DNA of 64,000 nucleotides from Stegostoma tigrinum (taxonomy: Eukaryota), in contig NC_081380.1 in NCBI RefSeq assembly GCF_030684315.1, positions 10,089,575 to 10,153,574 on the forward strand, given 5' to 3'. The translations under genes and the position numbers were made by a program. This document shows, one piece after another, positions 25,340 to 37,590 of the stretch. Under the pieces are notes generated by a model. The model had not been told where the DNA came from and made no database searches. It worked only from the letters and a program-made list of their open reading frames with translations. How positions within the stretch are numbered: position 1 is the first letter of the stretch; each line of letters starts with the position of its first letter.

Positions 25340-25922
25340 AACTCACGTTACTTTTCTCTACGTTTGGAAAGATCACATCAGTCCCTGTGTTACTAGAGAC
25401 AGGCAATGGGAGGCAAGCTCTTGGGGAAAAAGGAGGCAACTAGTACATGTTAAAGGACTAGGTGAAACTCCTGAGTCCAACTGCAAACCCAAATGAAAAC
25501 ACTCTCCGTTCCAAAGGTATCCAAGGAAATGAAACTGGCGACAGTCACAACAAACTCACCCCTAGTGAGTGGGGAAACTATGGATCAAATTTCTGAAAGA
25601 CCACACAAATAGTCAAGTACTCGCATGGAGTTTGCGGTGCACGAGGCCAATCAGCAGCTCCATCCAAACAGAACTAAGATTCCCAGAACTCCCTGTTGTT
25701 TACCTCACAGCGACAGTGAGAGGGTTAGCGCAGCTTTTCTGGATGGTGCGCGCCGCCTATAGATGTGCACCAGGACTTTTCTGCGGTGCCAGCCTCTGGC
25801 CGCGCTGTCCAGCCCTGCCAGCATCTAGTCTGTCCATCACCTCACAGTGATGCGTGGTTAAATGCTGATCCATACAGGGAGCTAGCTGAGGGGGCCGGAT
25901 GGACCAGCGCAGGGAGTATTTC

Positions 25923-26810
25923 CAAGATAACAAAGTGTGGAGCTGGATGAACACAGCAGGCCAAGCAGCATCTTAGGAGCACAAAAGCTGACGTTTCGGG
26001 CCTAGACCCTTCATCAGAGAGGGGGATGGGGTGAGGGTTCTGGAATAAATAGGGAGAGAGGGGGAGGCGGACCGAAGATGGAGAGTAAAGAAGAGAGGTG
26101 GAGAGAGTGTAGGTGGGGAGGTAGGGAGGGGATAGGTCAGTCCAGGGAGGACGAACAGGTCAAGGAGGTGGGATGAGGTTAGCACGTAGGAAATGGAGGT
26201 GCGGCTTGAGGTGGGAGGAAGGAGGAAGGGATGGTTGAGAGGAAGAACAGGTTAGAGAGGCAGAGACAGGCTGGGCTGGTTTTGGGATGCAGGTGGGGGG
26301 AGGGGATGAGCTGGGCTGGTTGTGTGATGCTACTGCAGGAAGTGCTACACTTGCCCCCACACCTCCTCCCTCACCCTCATCCCAGGCCCCAAGATGACTT
26401 TCCACATTAAGCAGAGGTTCACCTGCACATCTGCCAATGTGGTATACTGTATCCATTGTACCCGGTGTGGCTTCCTCTACATTGGGGAAACCAAGCGGAG
26501 GCTTGGGGACCGCTTTGCAGAACACCACCGCTCGGTTCGCAATAAACAACTGCACCTCCCAGTCGCGAACCATTTCCACTCCCCCTCCCATTCTTTAGAT
26601 GACATGTCCATCATGGGCCTCCTGCAGTGCCACAATGATGCCACCCGAAGGTTGCAGGAACAGCAACTCATATTCCGCTTGGGAACCCTGCAGCCGAACG
26701 GTATCAATGTGGACTTCACCAGCTTCAAAATCTCCCCTTCCCCCACTGCATCACACAACCAGCCCAGCTCATCCCCTCCCCCCCACTGCATCCCAAAACC
26801 AGCCCAGCCT
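25923..26810. mobile_element. Neptune-like PLE: inverted terminal repeat (25923-26330, -) plus GIY-YIG endonuclease segment (26331-26810, +); direct 3' repeat mostly missing
   Basis: ORF 26394-26873: FTCTSANVVYCIHCTRCGFLYIGETKRRLGDRFAEH...EQQLIFRLGTLQPNGIN (GIY-YIG). Confidence 0.92.
25990..26017 (-). ncRNA. Minimal type I hammerhead ribozyme motif with intact core
   Basis: Minus strand CTGATGAAGGGTCTAGGCCCGAAACGTC. Confidence 0.78.
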
Positions 26811-27096
26811 TCCTTTCCCCAAGGAGAACTGTCCCCAACTTCTCCAAGTCTGGCCTCATCACAGAAGTTATGACTGAAGCTAATAACTGAAGGAGCTGCC
26901 CGAAAATATCCCTCAGGAAAATCAACCTGGAAAACACTCAATATAGTAGGAGAAATGCAGAGTCTGAAGTTCAAACGTCACCAACTGGATGCTTAAACAC
27001 ACCGACTTTCCCCGAATGCTCTCCCCATTCTGTTGTTAAAGCATAGTTCCTTGACCAATAAGAAGTATAGGCAGTTAAAGAACTGAATGCAACTTT

Positions 27097-28652
27097 ATTA
27101 AGATTGACAAGTCTCCAGGCCAGGACCAGATTTGTCCTCGGCTGCTTTGGGAAACGAGAAATGCAATGGCTTCGCCACTTGCGAAGATCTTTGCATCCTC
27201 GCTCTCCACTGGAGTCGTACCTGAGGACTGGAGAGAGGCAAATGTAATTCCTCTCTTCAAGAAAGGAAATAGGGAAATCCCCGGCAATTATAGACTAGTA
27301 AGTCTCACGTCAGTCATCTGCAAGGTGTTAGAAAGGATTGTGAGCGGTCGGATTTATGACCATCTGGAAGAGCGTGGCTTGATTAAATGCAGTCAACACG
27401 GCTTTGTGAGGGGCAGGTCATGCCTCACAAACCTTATTGAGTTCTTTGAGGATGTGACTAGAAAAATTGATGAGGGTCGAGCTGTGGATGTGGTGTATAT
27501 GGACTTCAGTAAGGCATTTGATAAGGTTCCCCATGGTAGGCTCATTCAGAAGGTCAGGAGGAATGGGATACAGGGGAACTTAGCTGTCTGGATACAGAAT
27601 TGGCTGGCCAACAGAAGGCAGCGAGTGGTAGTAGAAGGAAAATATTCTGCCTGGAAGTCAGTGGTGAGTGGTGTTCCACAGGGCTCTGTCCTTGAGCCTC
27701 TACTGTTTGTAATTTTTATTAATGACTTGGATGAGGGGATTGAAGGATGGGTCAGCAGGTTTGCAGACGACACGAAGGTTGGAGGTGTCGTTGACAGTAT
27801 AGAGGGCTGTTGTAGGCTGCAGTGGGACATTGACAGGATGCAGAGATGGGCTGAGAGGTGGTAGATGGAGTTCAACCTGGATAAATGCGAGGTGATGCAT
27901 TTTGGAAGGTCGAATTTGAAAGCTGAGTACAGGATTAAGGATAGGATTCTTGGCAGTGTGGAGGAACAGAGGGATCTTGGTGTGCAGATACATAGATCCC
28001 TTAAAATGGCCACCCAAGTGGACAGGGTTGTTAAGAAAGCATATGGTGTTTTGGCTTTCATTAGCAGGGGTATTGAGTTTAAGAGTCGTGAGATCTTGTT
28101 GCAGCTCTATAAAACTTTGGTTAGACCGCACTTGGAATACTGCGTCCAGTTCTGGGCGCCCTATTATAGGAAAGATGTGGATGCTTTGGAGAGGGTTCAG
28201 AGGAGGTTTACCAGGATGCTGCCTGGACTGGAGGGCTTATCTTATGAAGAGAGATTGACTGAGCTTGGACTTTTTTCATTGGAGAAAAGGAGGAGGAGAG
28301 GGGACCTAATTGAGGTATACAAGATAATGAGAGGCATAGATAGAGTTGATAGCCAGAGATTATTTCCCAGGGCAGAAAAGGCTAACACGAGGGGTCATAG
28401 TTTTAAGCTGGTTGGAGGAAAGTATAGAGGGGATGTCAGAGACGGGTTCTTTACACAGAGAGTTGTGAGAACATGGAATGCGTTGCCAGCAGCAGTTGTG
28501 GAAGCAAGGTCATTGGGGACATTTAAGAGTCTGCTGGACATGCATATGGTCACAGAAATTTGAGGGTGCATACATGAGGATCAATGTTCGGCACAACATT
28601 GTGGGCTGAAGGGCCTGTTCTGTGCTGTACTGTTCTATGTTCTATGTTCTAT
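27097..28652 (+). mobile_element. Young 5'-truncated CR1 (HER1-like) LINE, RT domain, one in-frame stop (TAG 27862-27864)
   Basis: ORFs 27166-27864 and 27865-28563 share a frame: NYRLVSLTS, QHGF, DFSKAFDKVPH, GVPQGSVL, FADDTK. (ttctatg)n tail. Confidence 0.96.
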
Positions 28653-28821
28653 CAGACTCCATGCGCCAAGGAGACCCTAATAGAAATCTTAAAAGGTGGT
28701 AGGAGCAGGGAGTGAAGTTTCATTGGGATTCCATTAATTTCTCAGCCAAGATGAAATGGGAGACCAGTAAACATTCCTTGGAATTTCAGACCTTTACATC
28801 TTGGATTTCTAGTCCCATCTT

Positions 28822-29502
28822 GGTGTCCATGTACATAGATCCCTGAAAGTTGCCACCCAGGTTGATAGTGCTGTTAAGAAGGCTTACAGTGTGTTAAGGT
28901 TTTATTGGTAGAGGGATTGAGTTCTGGCGCTGTGATGTCATGCTGCAACTGTACAAAACACTAGTGCGGCCTCATTTGGAATATTGCATGCAGTTCTGGT
29001 CGCCCCATTACAGGAAGGATGTGGAAGCATTGGAAAAGGTGCAGAGGAGATTTACCAGGATGTTGCCTGGTCTGGAGCGCAGGCCCTATGAAGAAAGGCT
29101 GAGGGACTTGGGTCTGTTCTCATTGGAGAGAAGGAGGCTAGGAGGGGATTTAATAGAGACATGCAAAATGATCAGAGGATTAGATAGTGTGGACAGTGAG
29201 AGCCTTTTTCCGAAGATGATGACTTCAGCTTGTACAAGGGGGCATAGCTACAAATTGAGGGGTAATAGATTTAAGGCAGATGTTAGAGGCAGGTTCTTTA
29301 CTCAGAGAGTGGTAAGGGCGTGGAACGCCCTGCCTGCCAAAGTAGTTAACTCAGCCACATTAGGGGCATTTAAGCAGTCCTTGGATAAGCATATGGATAA
29401 TGATGGGATGGTGTAGGGGGAGGGGCTTAGATTAGTTCACAGGTCGGCGCAACATTGAGGGCCGAACGGCGTGTTCTGCGCTGTATTGTTCTATGTTCTA
29501 TG
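28822..29502 (+). mobile_element. CR1 LINE 3' end, second subfamily
   Basis: ORF 28940-29416 LYKTLVRPHLEYCMQFWSPH...FFTQRVVRAWNALP; ttctatgttctatg tail. Confidence 0.93.
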
Positions 29503-29844
29503 ACATGACACGGTCACACACACACACCCCTGACACCAGTGAGGCACGATTCATCCATCAAATTTAACATGGTCAGAGGCAGGTTCGTGCCGGGTGAAAT
29601 CAAACTGTGGTCTCTCTTGTGCTGTATAATTTACTGGGACTCAAGGCTATCATCAGCAGGAGTCATGTGTTTAAGACTACTGTTTTCTGGTGTTACGCAC
29701 TGTCTACTGGTGACTCTCACCCAGAGTTACTGACATCATTTAACAATAATAACCTGCTCATGTGACTGACTGACAGATATTGTCTGTAGATACTGAAGGT
29801 GGCGGGGGTGGATGGTCACTTGTGCCGAAGAGGCTGGGATTTTT

Positions 29845-30252
29845 TTTCGCCTGGAGCATAGGAAACTGAGGGGCGACTTTAAAGAGGTCTAAAAATCATG
29901 AGAGGTACAGATCCTGCACATAGCCAACAACTTTTCCCCATGATTGAGAAGTCTAAAACTAGGAGGGCGTTGGTTTAATGTGAGATGAGAGAGATACAGA
30001 AAGGTCCAGAGGTGCAATTTTTTCCACACAGAGGGTGGTGAGAATCTGGAATGGGCTGCCAGAGGTTGTGGTGCAGGGGAGTACAATTTTGTCCTTTAAG
30101 AAACATTTGGACAGGTACATGGATGGGATAGATATGTGGGGATATGGATCAAACACAGGCAAATGGGACTAGTTTAATTGTGAAAGCTGGGCAGCATGGG
30201 AAAGATAGGCTGAAGGGCCTGTTTCGATAGTGTAGACTTCTAATGACTATGT
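29845..30252 (+). mobile_element. CR1 LINE 3' fragment
   Basis: CR1 ORF2 end and 3'UTR words such as gaagggcctgttt. Confidence 0.85.
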
Positions 30253-31049
30253 ATAGAAAGTTGTGTATAGGACAGAAACCAAACGTAGGTATTCATGCCT
30301 GAGTCTGGCACTTCAGGGATAATCAATGTAGGCATCACTCAGAGAGCAGTGCTGAACTGTTACCTGCACAACAACATAACGAAAATTCAGAAGGAATCCA
30401 CTAGTTTTAAGACTTCCTGAGAATGTGATAGGTACTATATAAATTCGAGTTCATTTTGCTTTCTTTTTAACTCTTCTTAATGATTTTGGTATTTGGGTCC
30501 AGAGCCAAGGTATACATCATCCCTTGATATTCAATGGCATCATCATCACTGAATCTCCCACTGTCAACTTCATGGGGATTACCACTGTAACACCAGAACC
30601 TGAACTGAACCAGCCATACAAATACACTGGCTATAGAGTGGGCAAGAAGCTGGGAGCTCTGGACTGAGTAACTCACCTGAAGTCCCAAAACCTGTCTACC
30701 ATTGACAAGAAACAAGTCAGGAGAGTGAAGGAATATTCCACTCTTGCCTGGATGAGTGAAGCTCTGACAAATGCTTAACAAGCTCAGCACCAAAGCTGCC
30801 TGTTTGACCCAGCAACTGTGCTATATTTCCAAGTCTTTGAGAGAGTTGGAGAAGAACTTGCAGGTGGTGGTGTTCCCACATATCTGCTGCCCTTGTCCGT
30901 TGGGTGGTATGGGGCGTGAGTTTGGAGGATGCTGTCGAATGAGCCTTGGTAATTTGTTGCAGTACAAGTTGTAGATGGTTGTCCAGGTCCTACTGCTGCT
31001 GAGGGATGTGCTGCAGTCACAAGCTCAGCAGGATCGGAGTCTGGTATTC

Positions 31050-31400
31050 TCAGTCAGGTTACCAGTGCTCCACACACTCTCATTCTGTCTGGCACAAGGC
31101 AGTTTTTGTGATGTGTGTTAATATCAATAGCAAGTGATAGATTGCTGGTGATTGTGGGGCCTGGATATGTGAATCTGTGAGAACAATCACATTGCCCATT
31201 CACAACGACAAGGGTCTTCCCCATACTGACAATCAAACCAACTCTTTACAGATTGGAGACAGTCTATCCATTGACCACTGCAAACACGGGCCTCAGTGCA
31301 ATATCCTCAGTGTAAAGGAACTTTCTGATAAGGAGTTGGTGTGTTTTTATCTTGGATATCCTGTGAGCAAGGATGAACAGCTTTCTGTCAGTTCTGGAAT
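31050..31400 (-). mobile_element. RTE-type LINE fragment
   Basis: HRFTYPGPTITSNLSLAIDINT resembles the RTE F.YLGS.IS..LSLD.EI motif. Confidence 0.5.
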
Positions 31401-31519
31401 GTAAGTAAGCTATCTTCTGTAATAACCTGAGGATTTATAACAGCAGCGAAGAGAATAATACGCCAACATGCGTTGGTACCAGAACACAATCCTTGTTCGA
31501 TCCATTGTGGATGTCACCA

Positions 31520-32007
31520 GGTTATTAAATTCATCAGATAAATACCAGTTGAAATTTAACGTAGAGAGTTACACAATGGTGCATTTTAGGAGAATGAACA
31601 AAAATTGAAGATAGGGTTAGCAGTTAAGACACTTCAGGATTCAGATATACAAATCCTGAAATGGGAAAACAAAAAGCATACAATAAAAGGTCCTGTCAGA
31701 AATGGTGGAATAAGTACAAGTGTGAGTGAAGAATGCAGACCCTATCCAAAGCAGCGGGTGTAGAGGGGATCTGAGAAAACATTTTTTCACCCAGAGGGTG
31801 ATGGGTATCTTACCTAAAATAGGGTGGTAGAAGCAGGTACCCTCTAGACATTTAAGTAGCATTTGGATGAGCACATGGAACACCACAGAATACAAGACTA
31901 CAGGCCAAATGCTGGAACTGGGGTTGGAGTAGATGGATGTTTGATGACTGACACAGACATGATGGGCCAAAGGGCCTCCTTCCATGCTGTAAAAACTCTA
32001 TGTTTCT
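31520..32007 (+). mobile_element. CR1 LINE 3' fragment, degraded
   Basis: ctgagaaaacattttttcacccagagggtg...gggccaaagggcctccttccatgctgt...ctctatg. Confidence 0.75.
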
Positions 32008-32359
32008 AAATTACTAGCAGCTAGAGTACCGTATCCAGGGTACCATCCATGGAGAAGCTGCATCGAGATCATGCCCAGAGATCAGAGCCTGGGGTTCTGA
32101 GATCCTGGCACATTTCACTTTGTGAGGGATATCTTCTAATTGTATTCACATTTGATGCGGTAAACCAGGACAAACTATTTCTGCTGGTTAATTAATCGAT
32201 AACAATTCATCAGGATTTCAAACCATCACCAAATGCATAAAAGAAGAGTTTAGCAGCATCTTTTTTTGCAATGAGGTAAAATGTTAAGACATGGAAAATC
32301 CTACCAGCAAGTTTGAAAGAAGTGAGTACGTATTTGAAACAGAAAAATTAATAATTAGA

Positions 32360-33025
32360 TCATAAGACCGTATGATATAAGATGACCATTAGGCCCTTCA
32401 AGATTGCTCTACCATTCGATGAAGGTTCAAAAGTTTCTCAACCTCATTCTCCTGCCTTCTCCCTGTAACCCTTGATCCCCTCACCTATTAAGGAAGGTCC
32501 AGAGGTGCAATTTTTTCCACACAGAGGGTGGTGAGAATCTGGAATGGGCTGCCAGAGGTTGTGGTGCAGGGGAGCACTCAATGCCTGGGCCTCCACAGCG
32601 TTCTGTGGCAATGAGCTCCACAGATTAACCACCCTTGAGCTGAAGAAATTCCTCCTCATTTCAGTTCTGAAGTGATGTCCCTTTACTCTGAGGCTGTGCC
32701 CTTGTGTCCTAATCTTTCCTATCAGTGCAAACATCTTCTCCATGTCCACTCTATTCAGACCTCTCGGTATTTTGTAAGTTTCAATCAGGTCCCCCGTCAA
32801 CCTTCAAGTACAGACCCAGAGTCCTCAACTGCTCCTCATATGACAAGCCCTTCATCCCTGGAATCATTCCTGTAAACCTCGGCTGGACCCCCTCCAAGGC
32901 CAGCACGTCCTTCCTTGGATAATGGGTCCCTAAAACTGTTCTCAATATTCCAAATGCGGTCTGACCAGAGCCTTGTACAGCCTCAGCAGTACATTCCTGC
33001 TGTAGCTTTCTAGCCCTCCTGATAT
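32360..33025 (-). mobile_element. CR1 LINE 3' fragment containing an 81-bp foreign insert (32494-32574)
   Basis: ORF 32444-32800 GDLIETYKIPRGLNRVD...RNFFSSRVVNLWSSLP. Confidence 0.88.
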
Positions 33026-35295
33026 CACAATATCATACCTGCCAATTTCAATCTGTGCTACAAGCTCATTTACTTGTCTTGTATACTGCATGCATTTAAG
33101 TACAACACCCTCAGTCCTGTATTGACCATGCCCCTTGTCGCAGAGCTGTCTCCTTATCTGGTGTACCTGAAGTTAGGTTTCTGACGCTTTCCACACTCTC
33201 AGTCCTATTACCAATTCTGGAAACTTTAATAACCTCTGTTGAGGCCTCTTCTCCCTTCAACCAGTTCAATGTTGAGGAAAATAGCAGAGGAAAGAGGACT
33301 GATTATTACCAACTATGATCATTCAGTTAAGGCTAGGTGCATTTCTGGTGACAGATATTGCCTCCTGAGGGAGAACATGGAGAAGGGACGAGTACCCCTA
33401 GGGCTCTGATCAACAGAGGAAACAAGGGCTGAGGTTCTGCTGTGGGAGTCTGAAGATCCACCAAAACCTCAGAATAATCTCTGGAGTCCTCCTGAGAACC
33501 AAAAGCAAATTGGCAAAAGCCAGACCGGTTTAGAAACATGGCTAACACAGTGGTCTGGGATCACTTCAAGGGACACTGCAGAAAGAGGGAACTGTTCCTT
33601 TGCAAACAGAATCCACTTAGGCTCAGCAGGAACCTGCACTCTGGCAAAATGCAAACTCGCGTGGTAGTTTGAGCTGTAAAACAATATGGGGTGGGGGAGG
33701 GGGCGCTTGTACGGTTAAGGTAAGCTTAAAAGTGAACTCTAGTAAGAAATGTTCCATTCACCTGAATACACCTGTGATTGAAGCTGACCACTGAAGATGG
33801 TTTGGAAATAGAAGCCAATTCATGCAGCTCCACTCCTCAGAATTTCCACCATCCTGTGGAGCTGCAGATTGTAGGTTAGGGTACAAAACATAGGCAGAGC
33901 AGAACAATTTAGCACTGAGATGGCTATGTCAGGAGCAAGGAAAGAAAACCAGACAGGTTTTCCGTCCACAGATAAATGTGTCACAGCTATTAGTCCAGTC
34001 AACGAGGTAAACTACATACTAGGCTCCTTGTAATCATTAACTAGTGGCACTATACCTGAAGAAACGCTGCACAAATTCAGTTATTCATGGGCCTGTATGT
34101 TCCACTGCCAAGCAACAGTCTGTTTTTTTTTAAGAAAGAAAAACCCCTTTTGAAGAAGAAGAGCAGGTGTATACCCCAGCCCATGTCCCAGTCAGCAGAA
34201 AGCCACAGTCAGTGAGCCAGGACAACATTCCTCTTCTCATTCAGTGAGTTTCTCCCGGAGGAGCACCCTGTTCACTCCGAATGTGCAGGTGAAGCTACAG
34301 GGCATCACCCAGCACCGCTGCCTGCGACAAAGCATTGCTTTGTATCCTCATGACCATTGATCAGAACGCCATATCATGATTGGACAAACTGTCCATTTTG
34401 AAATACATATGTTGCAATTAAAAGAAATACAACCAAAAGATGACTCTGGATGTTTGTTCAGTAGCTCTCTGGAGAGGAGGCTTAGATTCTTGCACCTGCA
34501 AGTGTTGACGAGGTATCAATGGGTTACAAATTAAACGGTGAACATCTCAGACCATGAATGTGACGAGATAAAAGACAGCAATCTGGGAAAGAAATACAGT
34601 GGAGATTCCTCTTTTAAGATTACACAGGGACCCAAATTGAAAACCTGGCATATATGTGCTAGTGGGCTGCAGTATTTGTATGTGCTCACCTTGGTTTCAG
34701 AACTAGAGTGCTGTGAAAGTCACAGTTAAAGGAATTCCTGCACTTCAGGTAAAGGACACGCTCACTCACTGCTGGAAACCAGCCAGCAATAAGAAATAGG
34801 ACAAATGAATGACAGTTAACCTACAAAGGCCAATAGTCTCAACATCAACTGTTCCTAATTTCCAGATTTACAGCGATACATCAATAGTGATACCTCCCCT
34901 TCAACGATCAACCTTGTTGAATTACCACAATAATAAACCAAACTGAATCCCACCAATGAAAGTGCCAGTGTTAAAGCAAACTGCATTATTACATTTTCTC
35001 TGGGGTAGTCTGCGCCCTGCCTACGCTTGGCATTACCACACAATTACTTCAACCTTGTTCTGTAGCCTCGTGGCTCTATCCCACACTGGAAGTCGACCTC
35101 CTCAAAAAACAGTTTTTATTCTCATTTGCCAAAACAGTGGCATTACTGTACGAGTGGCATTTCCAACTGTGTTAAACATTTCCGTGTGGAGACTCCTTCC
35201 CACTCCCTTTCTAAGTAACAGGCAGAGTGGGCCATGGTGAGGGAAGCCATGTGACATGATAGGAACGTGCAGCAGTGTGGGCACAGAATTGTATC

Positions 35296-35498
35296 GGAGA
35301 TAATGGGAACTGCAGATGCTGGAGAATCCAAGATAGTAAAGTGTGAAGCTGGATGAACACAGCAGGCCAAGCAGCATCTCAGGAGCACAAAAGCTGACGT
35401 TTTGGGCTTACACCCATCTAGGCCCGAAACGTCAGCTTTTGTGCTCCTGAGATGCTGCTTGGCCAGCTGTGTTCATCTAGCTTCACAATTTATTATCC
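35296..35498. mobile_element. Neptune-like PLE terminal fold-back insertion
   Basis: Inverted arms joined inside stem II. Imperfect TSD tgggc(a/t)cagaattgt(a/g)t at 35278-35294 and 35499-35515. Confidence 0.88.
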
Positions 35499-36369
35499 TG
35501 GGCTCAGAATTGTGTTTTCTTTACGAGAACTAAATCACGCGACAGTCCAACTGAATGAGCGAACATCATCAGGTGAGTCCTTTAAGAGAGTGGAGTTTTG
35601 TGCAAAGCAATTAATCTGTACCTAATCTGTATCTGTTCCCAGTCCCGTGGAATTAAACAGGAAAGCCCCAAGCGGCTGCATTTGCAAACCCAGCGCCAAA
35701 GATTCAGTTGTCATTGCCCTCCCCCACTCAGTGTACCCTCCAATGATAAAACAATGCACAAGACAAGCCAAGTGATGTGCAGTGTTGATAGAACAGAATG
35801 CTACCATTACAGGCACCGAACCTCCCTTACATTCATTCACGAATAAAGAACAAATGGGCATCAAAAAGTCCTTCTTATTAAAAACAAACCAACTCAAGAC
35901 AAAAGATGTAGGCAATTATTTTACACAGCAAGGTTAGTTCTAGGTGTAGTTCATGCAGCAATCTTGTTCATTTGAATTCTTGCTGCTTCTATTATTGAGC
36001 TGAATTATCAGGCAAATGGTAGGATGACTCGGGTCATTCTCGGTCACTCTTTAATCCTGGATAGGGACTTCTTTTTACCCCCTGCAAAGACTCATATGGA
36101 AAGTTAAAACAAATTCATGGGCAATGCATGCTCAGATTTACACTGTGGAAGGAGTATGTGTCTCTGTGCCAGGCTGTATACTGGCAAGGGCACACGCGGC
36201 AGGCTATCCTCACATTAATCCTATCTGGTGCCCAAAGCAAAAGCCTTTGGGAGTGCAGCTGGAAGTTGTCCTCAGGGTCAAATGAAGCAAATAAATCGGG
36301 CATGTTCAAGAGATCAAAGTTAGGGGAAAGCAGAGATCTTGGAGGGTCGGGATCTGGGATCTGGGATCA

Positions 36370-36835
36370 ACACCCTTCGGCCCATTGTGTCCACGTGAGT
36401 CATTCAACATCCATTTATTCCAACTCCATTTTCCAGCACACGGTCCTTAGCCCCGTACATTATGGTATGTCAAGTGCCCATCTAACCACTTCTTAGTTGT
36501 CTTGATGGATACTGCCTGTACCACTCTTTCAGGCAGCAGTTTCTAGAAACACACAACCCTCTGGGTAAAGAAACCATTTTACTCAAAGCCCCTCTTAAAC
36601 CTCCTGCTCCTTCCCTTGAAACTGTGCCGTTTGGAAATAACCCTTCTACCAAGGGGCAAACTTCCACATTGCCCACCGTGTCTACGCTCCTCAGAACTTA
36701 TACACCTCAATCTGATTCCCCCTGCTGCCCACACCACCCCCACACCTCGGCCTTCTCAGCTTGAAGGAAAACAAGCCCCACCTATCGCATCTCTCCTCAT
36801 AGTTCACTTGCTCCAGCCCAGGCAACAATCTCTCA
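36370..36835 (-). mobile_element. CR1 LINE 3' fragment
   Basis: cccttcggccca...accactctttcaggcagc...acaaccctctgggtaaaga is the reverse complement of a CR1 3' end. Confidence 0.7.
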
Positions 36836-36879
36836 CACTACAGAAACCCGGAGATCATTAAAAACTCCACTGACCATTT

Positions 36880-37590
36880 CCTAACTCACACCAACTCTCG
36901 TTCTCCTATCACCTCCACACTCAAAGGCCTACACTGGTTCCCAGTCAAGCAGCATTTTAAAATGTTTTTCTTTATTTCGAGATTGCTCCACGGTCTCGGC
37001 CCTTGCTTCTCTGTGACCTCCTCCAGATCCCAACCCTCCAAGATCTCTGCTTTCCTCTAACTTTGATCTCTTGAACATCCCCGATTTATTTGCTTCCCAT
37101 TAGTGACCGTGCCTTAAGTTGTCAAAGCCATAAGCTCAAGAAACTCCTCCTAACGCCTATCCATCTATTACTTTGTTACCTCGAACACAGTCTGAGAACT
37201 GGGGTCAGCCTGTTCAGGAGTGATTCTCGTAAGCACTGCCACACACAGAGTGGGAGAGGTTTAGAACTCTCTTCCACAAATGGCAGTGGATGCTGGATCA
37301 GCCGTTAATTTTAAATCAGAGATAACACTTTGTTAAGCAAAGTTGTTAAGGGATATGGGCCAAAAGTAGGTTTATGTAGTTAAGCAATAGATCAGCCATA
37401 ATCTCATTGAATAACAGAACAGGTTGGAGGGGCTGAATGGCTGACTCATGTTCCTATGCTTCCTTCTGTAATGTCCCTGCCTTCTTGACTTTATCTGACC
37501 TCATGTCATCCAGTCTCACAATGCTCCCATGAAACACCTTGGGATGTTTCATTTTGTTAAAGGTGCTATGTAAATATATAGTTGCAGTTG
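36880..37590 (+). mobile_element. Old L2-like LINE 3' end with a nested CR1 tail (about 37190-37460)
   Basis: ctacactggttcccagtcaagc (LHW.PV-like); 3' end ccttgggatgttt...gttaaaggtgctatgtaaat. Confidence 0.55.

Noticed and set aside
25801-25822. REST/RE1 site (gcgctgtcc)
   Set aside because: Only one half-site; the GTGCTGAA half is missing.
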